A stretch of 63,969 nt of DNA, the filler included, from Octopus bimaculoides (lineage: Eukaryota), in the NCBI RefSeq assembly GCF_001194135.2. It is 6 parts of 6 records of this genome, joined end to end, with 100 filler letters (N's around TTAATTAATTAA, not from the genome) between each part and the next. Parts side by side here need not be neighbours in the genome. Positions count along the whole stretch, not along the records: positions 13,809 to 37,271 come from NC_068992.1; 5 more parts are not named here. One strand, 5' to 3'. The notes under the pieces were generated by a model. That model ran no database searches. It was not told the origin of the DNA and worked only from the letters and a program-made list of their open reading frames with translations. Shown piece by piece: positions 23,795 to 36,063 of the stretch. The stretch's first letter is position 1; each line of letters opens with the position of its first letter. The position numbers were made by a program, and so were the translations under genes.

Positions 23795-25875
23795 GTGCTC
23801 CAACACATTAGCTCCTGCCTACAAGCTCAGAGGCACAACACCATACTTAGCACATGAAATGTTCCAGCTACTGCATCTATTTTTGATACCCTGATATAGT
23901 TGGCATATCTAAGATCTCAGATATTGCATCCAGGTTCTTTGAAATTGTTCTGGGTAAACTGATAACAAAAGGGACAATTTTGACTATTGCTTGATGTGTT
24001 TCCCTTTCTTAGTTCACCAAAGCCTGGTGTTTGTCTACCTTAACTCTCTTGGAACAGCTATGCCTACCATGACACATTCATGAGTGTCTTTGTGTACAAT
24101 TGTGATGTCAGGGCACATACTCCACACATCTGTTTACAAAGATGGTTATGTTCCACATGATCTTCACTCACTCATTCTCAACCAAGGCTTATGGAATGTG
24201 GTCATACCACTTATCATTCCACCTATCTGTGCATGGAAGATCATATTTCTTGCAAAGTCCCTATACACCCTAAGAGTGACCTTGTATTGTTGAGGTTTGA
24301 CTCTTTTTATACTATTTGTGAGCAGCCACTGATAATGTGACATACACTTTCAATCTTTTGCCCACACTTTCTGCCCAGTGGTGACCCTGATGTTTGGTTG
24401 ATATAGTACTCAACAGAATTTATTCTCAAGGCCTGCTCTTGAGAAGCAAAGATCATCCCTTTGGTCTCTTTCTTCAGATACCCATTCCACAACCATCCCC
24501 ATGATTCCAGTCTAGCAGTCAGTTTATGTGTTTCTTGTGAAATCAGCCAAAGATTCTGTCTCTGTTACCACCTTCTCATTCAGTGCTGCATCCAGCATCT
24601 AATTGTGACAAGACTGTAAACACTCATGCAATGAAATGCACTCAGATCTTACATATTCCTCCACACCATCAACCCTCTTCCACCTGGGAATGAAAGCATT
24701 TGCTCATGGTCATTATCCTTCTTGTTCTTCAATCTAAGCCAGTCAATCCCTTCTTCCATTCCACAATGCCTTCCTAATACCTTACATGCCACACAGCCCA
24801 GACATTATCGGCTTCAGTTAAGCTACCTCCATTCAGCTTAGATCTACAAACTTTCTCATTCTGAATGTACCCTTCTCTTATCATCTCCTTTCTTTTTGTA
24901 TTGAGATATTGTTTTAGCTGGTGTATTCCCTGATACTTATACCCACCACAGTCCACTTTCTTTATAGATGCTCTGTCTGTGAGTTCAATACCATTACTCT
25001 CCCTACCTCTCTAGACATTCTGATATTTTGAGTGAAAATTCTGCCAGTTTAGATAAGGGAATCTAGTTGGTCTTTACTAGTGGCATAGAGTTTAAGGTTT
25101 TCCATAAAAAGAAGGTGAATGATGGGCTTAACTTGATCTTTGGTTAGTTTGTCACCTGCGTTTGTTTTTCACAAGACCAAACCCAGTGATATCATGACAA
25201 TGATGAACAGCAATGGAGATACAGCATTGCCCTAAAATATGCCCCTATTTATTTCTACTTCCCCTAGTCCTTGTTTTCCCACTGTTAAAACAGTTATCCA
25301 CCTACTCATGCTTAACAATTGAAACATTGTTTAGTCTAGCACCAAACATATCCATACTCTTCAGGATCAATGAGTGTGCTTTAGTTTACACAAGTCAGAT
25401 AGGTCTGATGGCAATTATTCAGAGTTGCTTTATCGATTAGCAGCTGATCTTTCCATAGAGGCACTTATAAATCTTATTTATGACGCCAGTCAGCATTTCC
25501 ACATCATAGGCATGCAAGCAGTAAGTCTAAAATTACATACTTCAGGAATCTTTTGTGGATCCTTCATCACCAGAACTGTTGTGACCTTAACCATCCAATC
25601 TGGAACATCACTATGGTTGAGATAATCTTGAAGATGTTGTTGCACCTATCCATGTAAGCCTTTCAGCTTTTTGAATCAGAACTCCTGAACAAGGTCTGGT
25701 CCAGCTGTTTTCTTGTTAGCCATCTTCCTTGTCACCTCTCTCCCATCTTCTAAAGAGATGACTACTTCCTCTTGCACAAGTTGTTTTCTTGAAATTCGAG
25801 AATGTATTTATCATGCCTTTTGATCTTGGCTCCCACTACTCTAATATTGTGTATCGCTAACATGACAAGTGCCCT
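23795..25875 (-). mobile_element. R4/Dong-clade copy D, heavily decayed
   Basis: GIF*GNAVSPLLFIIVMISL, HLLFMENLKLYA, GYKYQGI, GYLKKETKGMIFASQEQAL...RKCGQKIESVCHIISGC, PDITIVHKDTHE. Confidence 0.85.
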
Positions 25876-26229
25876 AATTATTATTATTGTTATTTGTAGT
25901 GAACCAATGTCGTGTCAGCTTACAGATGAATTTTGTTGAAAGATTTGCTTTATGTTCGGGAATGTTTGTTAAAACTTTGAATAAGGGCCCCTGCATCATG
26001 ATGAGTAAATTAGGATTAATTTGTGCTCAAGAGAGCATATTATTTTGTAAGATTTTATTTGCTCTCATTTTTTTTTCTCTGTTGGAATTCAGGAATCAGT
26101 AATGCCTTCTATCAGATTAAGTGATGAGGTATCAAGAAAAAAATGACTCATACTACTACCACCTTCATTAGAGAATGTTCCACCTCTCCTTCATCCTAAT
26201 ACAACATCCACACAGTGTGTAAGAAGCTG

Positions 26230-26475
26230 TACGAAGCAGTGCAGGCACAGAACAACAACAGTGACATCAATGGTAACAAGCAACATTTTTAACAAGAACA
26301 TCAACACAAGCAAAAATGGCTCCTGTTGCAACAACAGCAATAACAATAACATCAGCAACATCAATAACAGGAACAACAACAACAACAGCAACTACAGTAA
26401 CATAACCACAACAGCACCACCTGCAACAATAATAGCAGTGACAGGAGCAACAATGAAAGCAGCAGTGACAACACA
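26230..26475. repeat. Degenerate (AAC/AGC)n trinucleotide low-complexity tract
   Basis: aacaacaacaacagcaactacagtaac-type composition. Confidence 0.7.
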
Positions 26476-27164
26476 TAGTCTTTTATAAGAACCACATTAT
26501 CCTTATATTGAAACCACTTTATTGTGAATAACCACCTTATCCTGGAGACATATAAATTTGTCTAAATTTTATGACTTTAAATTTCTGATATATTTTTCTT
26601 CATTTCTTAATTTATAAATCATTTTTCTTGCTGAGCAGTATTACTATGTACATATGCTAATATTCTTATTTAGTTTTATTTAGCCTTAACTCATTTATAA
26701 TATTTATACTATTTTACTTTACCTTTGAATTGTAATATTTCAGACATTTTATTAATTTTGAAAAGTCAAAACCTTCTTTCACTCAACTTTAAACGTTTAT
26801 TTGATGAGTAACCAACATATTATCAGTACACAATTTATAAATATTCATAAGCCATTGTTCCCTTCTATCTGCTAAGTTATGTGAACCTTCCAGTAAGTGT
26901 ATATTTATGATTAATTTTTCAGTATATTACTTTCTTTATGCTAATTAAAAACCTTTATTTCTTTCAGATATCTCATGGCAGATAAAATGTTAACACAAGA
27001 AATGCTAAGGTGTACAGTTCATAAATGTCAAGTTTCTAAACACTGGAAAATCTTTTTTCAACGAAGTTTGAATGGAACTAAAAACTTTTGATGGAAATAT
27101 TTCAGCTCTGTCATAAATATGAAAAAAAAAAAATAAGCATTCGAAACATTCAAACACATTTCTC

Positions 27165-27335
27165 ACTCTTTTCGTTTATCTTGCTCCAGTCCACTCAGCT
27201 GGCCAAAATGAGTTGTAGCTGTAATTCAAAGGGGCCAGCCTTGTCACAGTTTGTGTGGGGCTGAATTTCCCCGAGAACTACGTTAATTACATACATATGT
27301 GTGGAGGACTCAACCACTTGCGAGTCAATTTTATT
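27165..27335 (+). mobile_element. SINE-like family 7 fragment
   Basis: ttgctccagtccactcagctg..aaatgagt central motif followed by the tail shared with 1563-1745. Confidence 0.7.
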
Positions 27336-28524
27336 CATTACCATTTATGGTAATGAAAAGTGAAAGTGACATCCAATATTTGCTGTGTCTATGTATCTAT
27401 GTATCACCTTTTCTTTGGATCTATGTATCTACTGTCTCTCAATTTCTCTCGTTCTTTTTCACTTCCTCTGTGTCCCTCCTCTCTCCTGCTTTTAATTTAA
27501 CAATATGTGTATGTATTTATGTATCTACTTTTCTTGCGATGTTATAAACATTTAAAAACACAAAAAGAACGCCGTCACCACTCACTGTCCCTTTCACTCT
27601 CTCTTTCTCTTTCTCACTCTCTCTTTCTCTCTCACTCTCTCTTTCTCTCTCTCTCACTTTCTCTTTCTCTCTCTCACTCTTACTCTCTCTTTCTCTCTCT
27701 CACTCTCTCTCTCTCTGTCCTCCTCTCTCTCGCTTTGTCACTCACTTCTTTGAAGTAAGTGTGACACACATGACAGGTACGTACAAAAAGAACAAATTGG
27801 CATATTAATATTATTGATGATATATATATATATACCTCTATGGCTACGTATGTATGCATGTGTGAATGTATGTAGATAGATACATGTATACATACATATG
27901 TGAGTATATGACACGTTAACAAACAATTTGGACTTGATAATCACTGCCAGCCTCACTTCTACATTCCATGTGGTGTGAAACCAACCAATATATCACATTA
28001 CAGGTTAGTGTGTGGAGTTTGAGCCTCAATATATAGTAATAAGTAGAAAACGTAATTAGTTATTATTAAGCCTTATATGATATCTGCACTTTTCCATAAA
28101 CTAACTTGCTTGCATCCTCTGTATCATGGCAACAAATAATACTGAGGAGGTATGTCCAGTTAGCTTACTGAAACACTTGTATACTATATATGCCTTTAAA
28201 ATGGCAATTACGTTTACCCATTTACTTCTTATTACTATATATATATNNNNNNNNNNNNNNNNNNNNNNNNNNNNNNNNNNNNNNNNNNNNNNNNNNNNNN
28301 NNNNNNNNNNNNNNNNNNNNNNNNNNNNNNNNNNNNNNNNNNNNNNNNNNNNNNNNNNNNNNNNNNNNTATATATGTATGTATGTATAGTCAAAGAAGAG
28401 GCCACAGAATGTGTGGTGAAAGAACTCTGACAAATAAATAGTAATAATAATAAATCTAAAGTGAAGATCAAATAAATAATGCATATGTTTAATTGGCAAA
28501 AGCTAACCATCCCCAAGTACAACA

Positions 28525-28568
<44 letters not shown>

Positions 28569-29374
28569 CTACATGCATACACATATATAACCCTGTCAAT
28601 AGTCTATTATATGTCCATTAATATATTTCTGTTAATAAATTTGTGATAAATTTGTGATATATACTTTGTGCGCCACTGGGTCAATCTTTAAGAAACCTCA
28701 CAATCATATATCTCTTCAAGAATCTTACATTATTATTTTTGTTTTGAGTCTGTTCTTTTTTTTCCTTTTCCTTTCATTGACATTTTTCATATATTTATTA
28801 TCTTTAGTGCTTTATGTTTTATACTTACTGTTAGTGAACTTTTCTATGTTTTATACAGAAGGCACACCAATGTTGTATTAATCTGAGTTTGATTTATAAG
28901 AATTATCAATTTCTGAAAAATGATGAGAGATTTTTCCTATATTTAATATGAGTTTTATTAGTGGCATCATTTCAATATATTTTACTTTTATGATTGTATC
29001 GATACTTATATGAATTTATAATAATTGTCAATAAAGGAAAAAAAAAATAACGCTCGTAAATTAAAGGATAAATTTAAAGAAAATAACATTTTCTCCTTTC
29101 AAAGTTCATAATTATATCGTTTTCAATTAGTTTTCTTTCATTTTAAAATAATTACTCACAGTTATTATCAAAAAAATCATATATAGATAAACACATATAC
29201 ATACATATATGTTTAAATATAAGAATATGCATACATCCTCTCTTTTTTATATATATATATATAATATTATTATTATTAAGGCGTGTTGTAAGAATTTATA
29301 GAACAAGTATCCTATAGAAACTCAACAAACTGTTAAAAACGAAGAAAAGATGTTAAAAATCTGATGTTGAAAAC

Positions 29375-29750
29375 TACTCCATTACTGTTACCTTCCCAAA
29401 AGATTTCATACCTATGTGCCTTACCTGTGAGGACGCTGGCTGAAGCTCCTCTCCACCTTACCTCTTGTATGCAGCTTACATCAATACATCTCCGTTCAAG
29501 CATCTCTACAATCTCACTAGACTTACCTTTCAGTGTGCCTACATTGACAGTGCCATCTCTAAAAACTGAAAAAGGAATGTGGGGGAGGCATGAGAGGATA
29601 GATGTTATTAAGTGCCTGAAAAGAAGATGAAGAAGAAGAAGAAGAAGAAGAAGAAGAAGAAGAAGAAGAAGAAGAAGAAGAAGAAGAAGAAGAAGAAGAA
29701 GAAGAAGAAGAAGAAGAAGAAGAAGAAGAAGAAGACGGTTTTCGTGTTCG
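29375..29750 (-). mobile_element. Inverted 5' segment of the RTE LINE (APE endonuclease N-terminus) including (GAA)n at about 29620-29735
   Basis: Minus strand RDGTVNVGTLKGKSSEIVEMLERRCIDVSCIQEVRWRGASASVLTGKAHRYEIFWEGNSNGV matches the APE N-terminal motifs GTxNVxT and CIQEVRW. Confidence 0.9.
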
Positions 29751-32700
29751 TTTGGGTGGTTAAGGTCATAGAGGTAGTGAGGGTATGCTATAGAGAGCTT
29801 AAGCTCAGGCTAGACCTGAAGAATATTATAGCTACAATTATCTCTACCTACGCCCTACAAGCGAGCCTACCAAACGATCAGAAGGGTCACTTTTATGATA
29901 CCCATCTACAGGCTACTTCAAAGACATGTGGCAATGATCTCATTTTTGCAGATAGAGATTTTAATGGGCATGTTGGACGGCAATCTGGTATCTTCCATAA
30001 TCTTCACGGGAGCCATGGAATTGGTTCCCGAAACGAAGAGGAAACTAGGCTATTGGAGTTCTGTGATGCATGTAACCTTTTAATCTGCAACACTAACTTC
30101 AGGAAGCCAGACAGCCACCTGATAACCTATCAATCAGATGACTCTGTTAGCCAGATTGATTTCATCCTCACCAGACAGCGGGATGATGCAAGGTTACTCT
30201 TAAATACAAAGACCCTCTCTGGTGAAGAATTTACCCCCCCCCCCCAGGATAGACAAGTCGTTAGTGACTTTAGACTGAAAGCTAGAAAGATGCCAAGAAG
30301 CAGACCAATCTAGAAATGAAGGAGTTGGAAGTTAAAGAACTCTTCACATGGTCAGAGATTTAGGGACATCTTAAGTGGGCAATTTGATGCGAGAGAGGAG
30401 GAGCTATAGACTTCGGACATAGAGGGTAACTGGAAATACCTACGGGACAGCATACTGAATGCCACAGACCGAATCTGGGACTGGTGCAAAGTCCCTTCCA
30501 GACCTAGAGTAACGTGGTGGTGGAATAATACGGTAGACAAGGCCATCAGAGCAAAGAAACAGGCCTGGAAAGTCTGGAAGAGTGGTGGTAGCAAGAAACT
30601 GTACCAGATAGCTAGAAGGGAGGCTGGGCGACAGGTATACATAGCCAAGGGGGAAGCAGAAAAGAAGAAGTTTGTCAATGTTCAGCGACGTGAGGACCAA
30701 AACCCTGAAGTATTTCGGATTGCAAGACAGTGCGTGAGAGAAAATTGTGATGTCACGGGAGAGAAATGTGTCTGCATGGATGATGGTGCAAAGAAAGAGG
30801 CTTGGGGAAGCTATTATGAAAGGCTGCTGAATGTGGAGAATGAAGAGGAGGAGGAGAGCCTGCCAAATGTTGACCCAGTAAAGGGACCGGCTATCCGTAT
30901 AGATACCACTCTGGCAGATAAAGCAATTAAGGAAATGAAGCCAGGAAAAGCCCCGGGCCCATCAGGAATCACTGCTGAGATGCTTAAAATATCTGGTGGT
31001 GTGGGTTATGGCCTAGTCACCCGTATTGTAAACTAGTTAGTTCACGAAGGAGTCATGCCCAATGATAGACGTAGTAGTACCATAATCAACTGCTACAAGA
31101 GTAAAGGTGATGCTTTAGATAGAAATAACTACAGTGGTATCAAACTGGTAGATCAGGTGATGAAGGTTACGGAGCGGGTCATAGCCCAACTAATTAGGGA
31201 GAAAGTCTGCTTAGATGAGATGCAGTTCGGTATTGTGCCAGGTAGAAGCATAGAAGCACCACTGATGGTAAATTCCTTGTACGGTAACTGCAGGAGAAAT
31301 ACCTAGCCAAAGATAAACCCCTGGTTTTTGCTGACTTGGAGAAAAGCTTTGACTGGGTCCCCTGATCCCTTATCTGGTAGGCAATGCGGAAACTGGGGAT
31401 TGATGTGTGGTTAATAAGAGTTGTACAGGTTCCATACAGGGATGCCATTAGTAAGGTAAGGGGTGGCAATGAGTATAGTGAAGAATTCCAGGTAGAAGTA
31501 GGGGTTCACCAAGGATCAGCACTCAACCCCATCTTATTCATCATAGTCTTCCAAGCTATAACAGAGGAATTCAAGACAGGTTGCCCCTGGGATCTCATCT
31601 ATGATGACCTTGCTCTCACAGTGGAATCACTACCAGAACTAGAGAAGAAATCTCAGGTGTGGAACCATGGTTTAGAATCGAAGGGCCTTTGAGTTAATGT
31701 TGCAAAAACCAAAGTCCTAGTAAGTAGGAAAGCGAACACATCACAACCCACTTCAGGTAGATGGCCCTGCTAAATTCGTAGAAAAGTTGCAGGTAGAGAC
31801 TCCATAAGATGTACTCAGTGTAAGCTATGGACTCATAAGTGGTACAGCAACGTCAAAGGAAGATTAACCAGGGAGGTAGCTTTTGTTTGCGGCAGATGCG
31901 CAGGGGCAATAAACACCACAGATGCTCAGAAAACTGATTCCATCACATTCCTGAGGGAGAAACTAGAAGTAGTTGATAGCTTCCGTTACCTAGGTGACCA
32001 AGTCTGTAGAAGGGGTGGATACTCGGAGAGCATTGCCACTAGAATAAGAATAGCCTGGACAAAGTTCAGAAAGCTCCTAACTCTACCGGTGAAAAAGGGC
32101 CTCTCGCTCAAAGTGAAAGGTAGATTGTATGATTCGTGGGTGCGAACTGCCATACTACACAGCAGTGAAACATGGGCCGTGATTGCTGAAGACATGCGTA
32201 GGCTTGGAAGAAAGGAAGCCAGTATGATCCGCTGCATGTGTAATATCAGGGTGCATACATGACAGAGTGTAAGCGCCATGAGGGAAATGTTGGACATAAG
32301 AAGCATCAAATGTGGTGTGCAAGAGAGACGACTGCACTGGTATGGTCACGTACTAAGGATGGATGGAGAGAGCTGTGTGAAGGGGTGTAACTCCCTAACA
32401 GTGGAATGAACTCATGGAAGAGGGAGACCCTGGAAGACATGGGATGAGGTGGTGAAGCATGACCTTCGAATGTTGGGCCTGAGAGGCAATGGTTAAAGAC
32501 TGAGACCTCTGGAGATATGCTGTGATTGTGATGACCTGGCAGGTAAATTGAGATCACAGCCATAGCCTACACCAGTGCCGCATAACCAGCTTATTTAAAA
32601 AGTACCTTTGAATCATCGAGCGACATGCCGTGCTTGAGGTGACCTATTGAGTCAAGTAAAATCAGAAACCAAAATCAAATCAAATTACAATCAAATGGAA

Positions 32701-32970
32701 ATTGTAATTGTGGCCGATGCCAGTACCACCTGATTGGTTCCCGTGCTGGTGGCACGTAATAAGCACAATTCATGCGTGGGCCGTTGCCAGTGCTGCCTGA
32801 GTGACTCCGCGTGCCAGTGGTACGTAAAAAGCACCATCCGAATGTGGTCGATGCCAGCCCTGATTGGCTCCTGTGCCGTTGGAACATAGGAAGCACCATC
32901 CGAACGCGTTCGATGCAATTACCGTTTAACTGGCTCCCGTGCCGGTGGCACGTAAAAAGCACCCACTACA
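29751..32970 (+). mobile_element. RTE-clade LINE (APE endonuclease + RT, multiple stops and frameshifts) with repeat-containing 3' UTR; 3' terminus missing
   Basis: WVVKVIEVVRVC...IISTYALQ, DFNGHVG, RNEEETRLLEFC, SQIDFIL, KAPGPSGI, EMQFGIVPGR, DLEKSFD, GVHQGSALNPILF, LIYDDLAL, FRYLG, GRGRPWKTWDEVVKHDL. Confidence 0.95.
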
Positions 32971-32984
32971 CGATGTGTCCGGGG

Positions 32985-33530
32985 TTTTCTCCTTAATTTT
33001 CTCTAAGGTGTATTTTGTAAAATGTGTGCTTGAGAAAAAATCTTGCTCCTGGTATTTACATAGTTAGTGGAGGGTCTTAAGATTTTTCAAAATGATATAG
33101 TTTTTCGAGCTAGCATATGGAACATCTTTTTGACTCATTAATATATAGTGTAGATTTAGAAAGGATTTTCCATTTGATGCTGTAGCTGATGTTCTCGTCT
33201 TTAAATTTCCAGGTTAATTCTGAAAATGTTCTTGTATGTCTCCCCTCGAGGTGTCTAAAGGTTGAAAGAGAGTTGTAACTGGATTTAAATTTTCATTTCA
33301 GAGATCTAGTATAGTGCTTGCTCTCTGACTGACCATTGCTAGAATTTGCTGATACCTGTGCTTCAGAAAATATGGAAGGTATATTGCATGCCTGTTCTAG
33401 AGAACATTTTGATTTATCTCTGTAAGTGCATCCAGATCAAGTTTGAGTCATCAGTTGTTTTTTGATACAGGCCTTTACATTAAGAGGCATGAAATGTGCT
33501 TTTTACAACGTGCCTATTAAATATATTTCT
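32985..33530 (-). mobile_element. Penelope-like element, GIY-YIG endonuclease region, decayed
   Basis: KFKSSYNSLSTFRHLEGRHTRTFSELTWKFKDENISYSIKWKILSKSTLYINESKRCSIC*LEK matches the PLE consensus FKxRYxxHxxSFR...LSxxxWxLKD...IxWxIL...CxLCxxEK. Confidence 0.8.
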
Positions 33531-33575
33531 ATACATATGGTTGTTGGAAAAGTGATTATGCAATAATTCTTTTAC

Positions 33576-33720
33576 TTGTTTCAGTCATTAGACTGCAGCC
33601 ATGCTGTGGTACCATTTGAATTTTTGGTAAAATGAATCGACCACAGTACTTCTTTTTAAAGCCTGGTACTTATTCTATCAGGCGCTTTTGCCGAACCACT
33701 AAGTTATGGGGATGTAAATG
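33576..33720 (-). mobile_element. SINE family 2 copy
   Basis: cttgtttcagtcattagactgcagccatgctg...ttttgccgaaccactaagttatggggatgtaaa. Confidence 0.75.
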
Positions 33721-33734
33721 AACGCTTACTTGAG

Positions 33735-33965
33735 GGGCTGCAACTGTTGCCTCACTTTGCCTTCAATCCAGATGTTGCACTATCAGATTTCCACCTTTTC
33801 TGAGCTATGGCTCATTTCCTACATGGACGGAAGTTCAACAATGTGAATGAGATTGAAAGCGAAATTTTTTCTGTCTGAACCAGACAACTGGTATAAGTGA
33901 TAAACTGAACTTCTGCCACAATGGTAGCAATAGACTATTGAACATTATGGGATATATTTTGATGA
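33735..33965 (+). mobile_element. mariner (DD34D) transposase C-terminal remnant
   Basis: LLPHFAFNPDVALSDFHLF*AMAHFLHGRKFNNVNEIE resembles HPxYSPDLAPSDFHLFRSMxHFLxGxxF. Confidence 0.8.
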
Positions 33966-34846
33966 ACAAACATTGCATTTTACATATGTAGTTTGAACTA
34001 TTAAAGCTTAAAAAAAAAAAAACGTTTTGACTTAACCTTTATATATACATGTATGTATATATATATGTGTGTGTGTGTGCGTGCATGTATACTTTTATAC
34101 ATACATATATATATATGTGCACCCACACACACACTAACATATATATTCATGCAGATGAATACATACACAGGTACATTACATGTATATACATACATATATG
34201 TGTGTGCATGCATATGTGGTGTGTGATTGTTAAAATATTATCCCTGTAGTCTGCAAAATTGTTACTATTACTGCTACCCCGTGATCAGTTAATTATTCTT
34301 CATGTCAATCTGCTTTGTTGTCTCTGTTAAAAGAATTATATCTAACCTTTGACAAAACTTCCTATGCTGCAAATATCAAGCTGAAGTACAAGAATGTAAA
34401 TTAAATATTTAACTGAATTAACTATAAATGCCACGAGTCAAATTAGGCACTATGGGAACGAATCAAATATAAAAAAAAACATTATTCTAGAAAAAAAATA
34501 TCCATGATCTATTGAACATGGATTTTTTTGTATGTTAATGTTTAGGCATTATTATCTTTGAATAACATCAGGCCATTCTTCTTCTTGATGATGCATGAAT
34601 ATATGCATCCAAAACTTATATAAATCTGCACATACATGCACATTATCACATAGGGATGCATATGCATACAAACATACATTTACGTACGTGTGTGTGTGTG
34701 TATGCTTCTGTACATATGTAAATATGTCTATGTGTATGTATATATGCATAAGTTTATATCAATATGTACATATGTATGTAGATGTATATGTATATACACT
34801 CACACACACACACACACACACACACATACGCACACACATATATGTG

Positions 34847-34895
<49 letters not shown>

Positions 34896-35498
34896 CATGA
34901 GTCAGTGAGAACGAAAGAGAATCTGAACGGAGATAATTGGCTTTTTTTTCTGTTTCAAAAACCATGATCCTATCAAACTGCTATTTTCGCTTACGGTTGG
35001 TATTATTTTAGTTTTTTGTTCTTTATAAATCTTTTGTTGATTTAATGATGTAATCTGATTGTTTTGTAATTTTCTACAAAACAGAAATTTTCATTGCTGA
35101 AATGTTTGTAAAATTGTATCAAATAACCGTAGAATCTTATCTCCTTTATTGTTTTCTATTTTCTATATGCAATCTGTATTCAAATTATCAATGGATAACT
35201 ACAGCAAGGTATTCAGATTACTGATTATCTTTCACCTCACGAATTTGCCTTTCACTCTATAGTAATACTAAATATTGGCTATTTGTTATACTCTATACAT
35301 TGCACAATGTATATATGCACATACATATTCTGCTTGTTAGCAGAAAATAATCAACTAAAAGCACTTTTGCTAATTTGTATATAGTACAAGCAGAAAGGCA
35401 AAATGTAAAAGAAGAAAAAATATGACTCCCAATGTACATTTGACTATTTTATACGTTGGTAATTTTATTTACTTACCTTAGTGAGAATTTCCTCTCTC

Positions 35499-35565
<67 letters not shown>

Positions 35566-36063
35566 GTATGTATGTATGTATGTGTGTGTGTGTATACATA
35601 TATATATATATAAATATATACATATACACACGTGTATGTATGTATGTATGTAAGAGAGACCAATAGAATGCGTATGAGGCTTAGAAAAATTAAGTACTGG
35701 GTTAATTCATTTGTCTAAAAAATTTTCAAGGTCGTGCCCCAGCATAGCTGCAATCAAATGACTGCAACAAGTAAAAGATAAAAGATCAGGCCGTCTAAAC
35801 AGTGATATAGGCTCATGGGCAAATCGACGCACAGTGTTCCATTGTATTTGTTTATCGACTGCAAGTCACATCATGCATAGATTAGAATTTTGCTTGTAGA
35901 CGTGTGAAGACTTTGGTTAATTTCCCAGTCTTCCCATGCCTTAAGACTGCACTGTGTTTGTCTAGTATAAATCGCTGAGGAATTGCAAGACAAAAAACTC
36001 AGTGTAGAACACAATATATGTATGTTTCCAAACAAAGCGTTAACTGAGTATAAAGTGGTAATA

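Noticed and set aside
26216-26488. Possible exon after cacacAG (LCKKLYEAVQAQNNNSDINGNKQHF-stop, or a 90-codon Asn/Thr-rich frame)
   Set aside because: The open frames are explained by degenerate AAC repeats, with no family similarity and a weak pyrimidine tract.
26968-27010. Strong acceptor tttatttctttcAG followed by YLMADKMLTQEMLR
   Set aside because: The phase-0 frame needed for GPSM stops after five codons. No convincing donor or homology.
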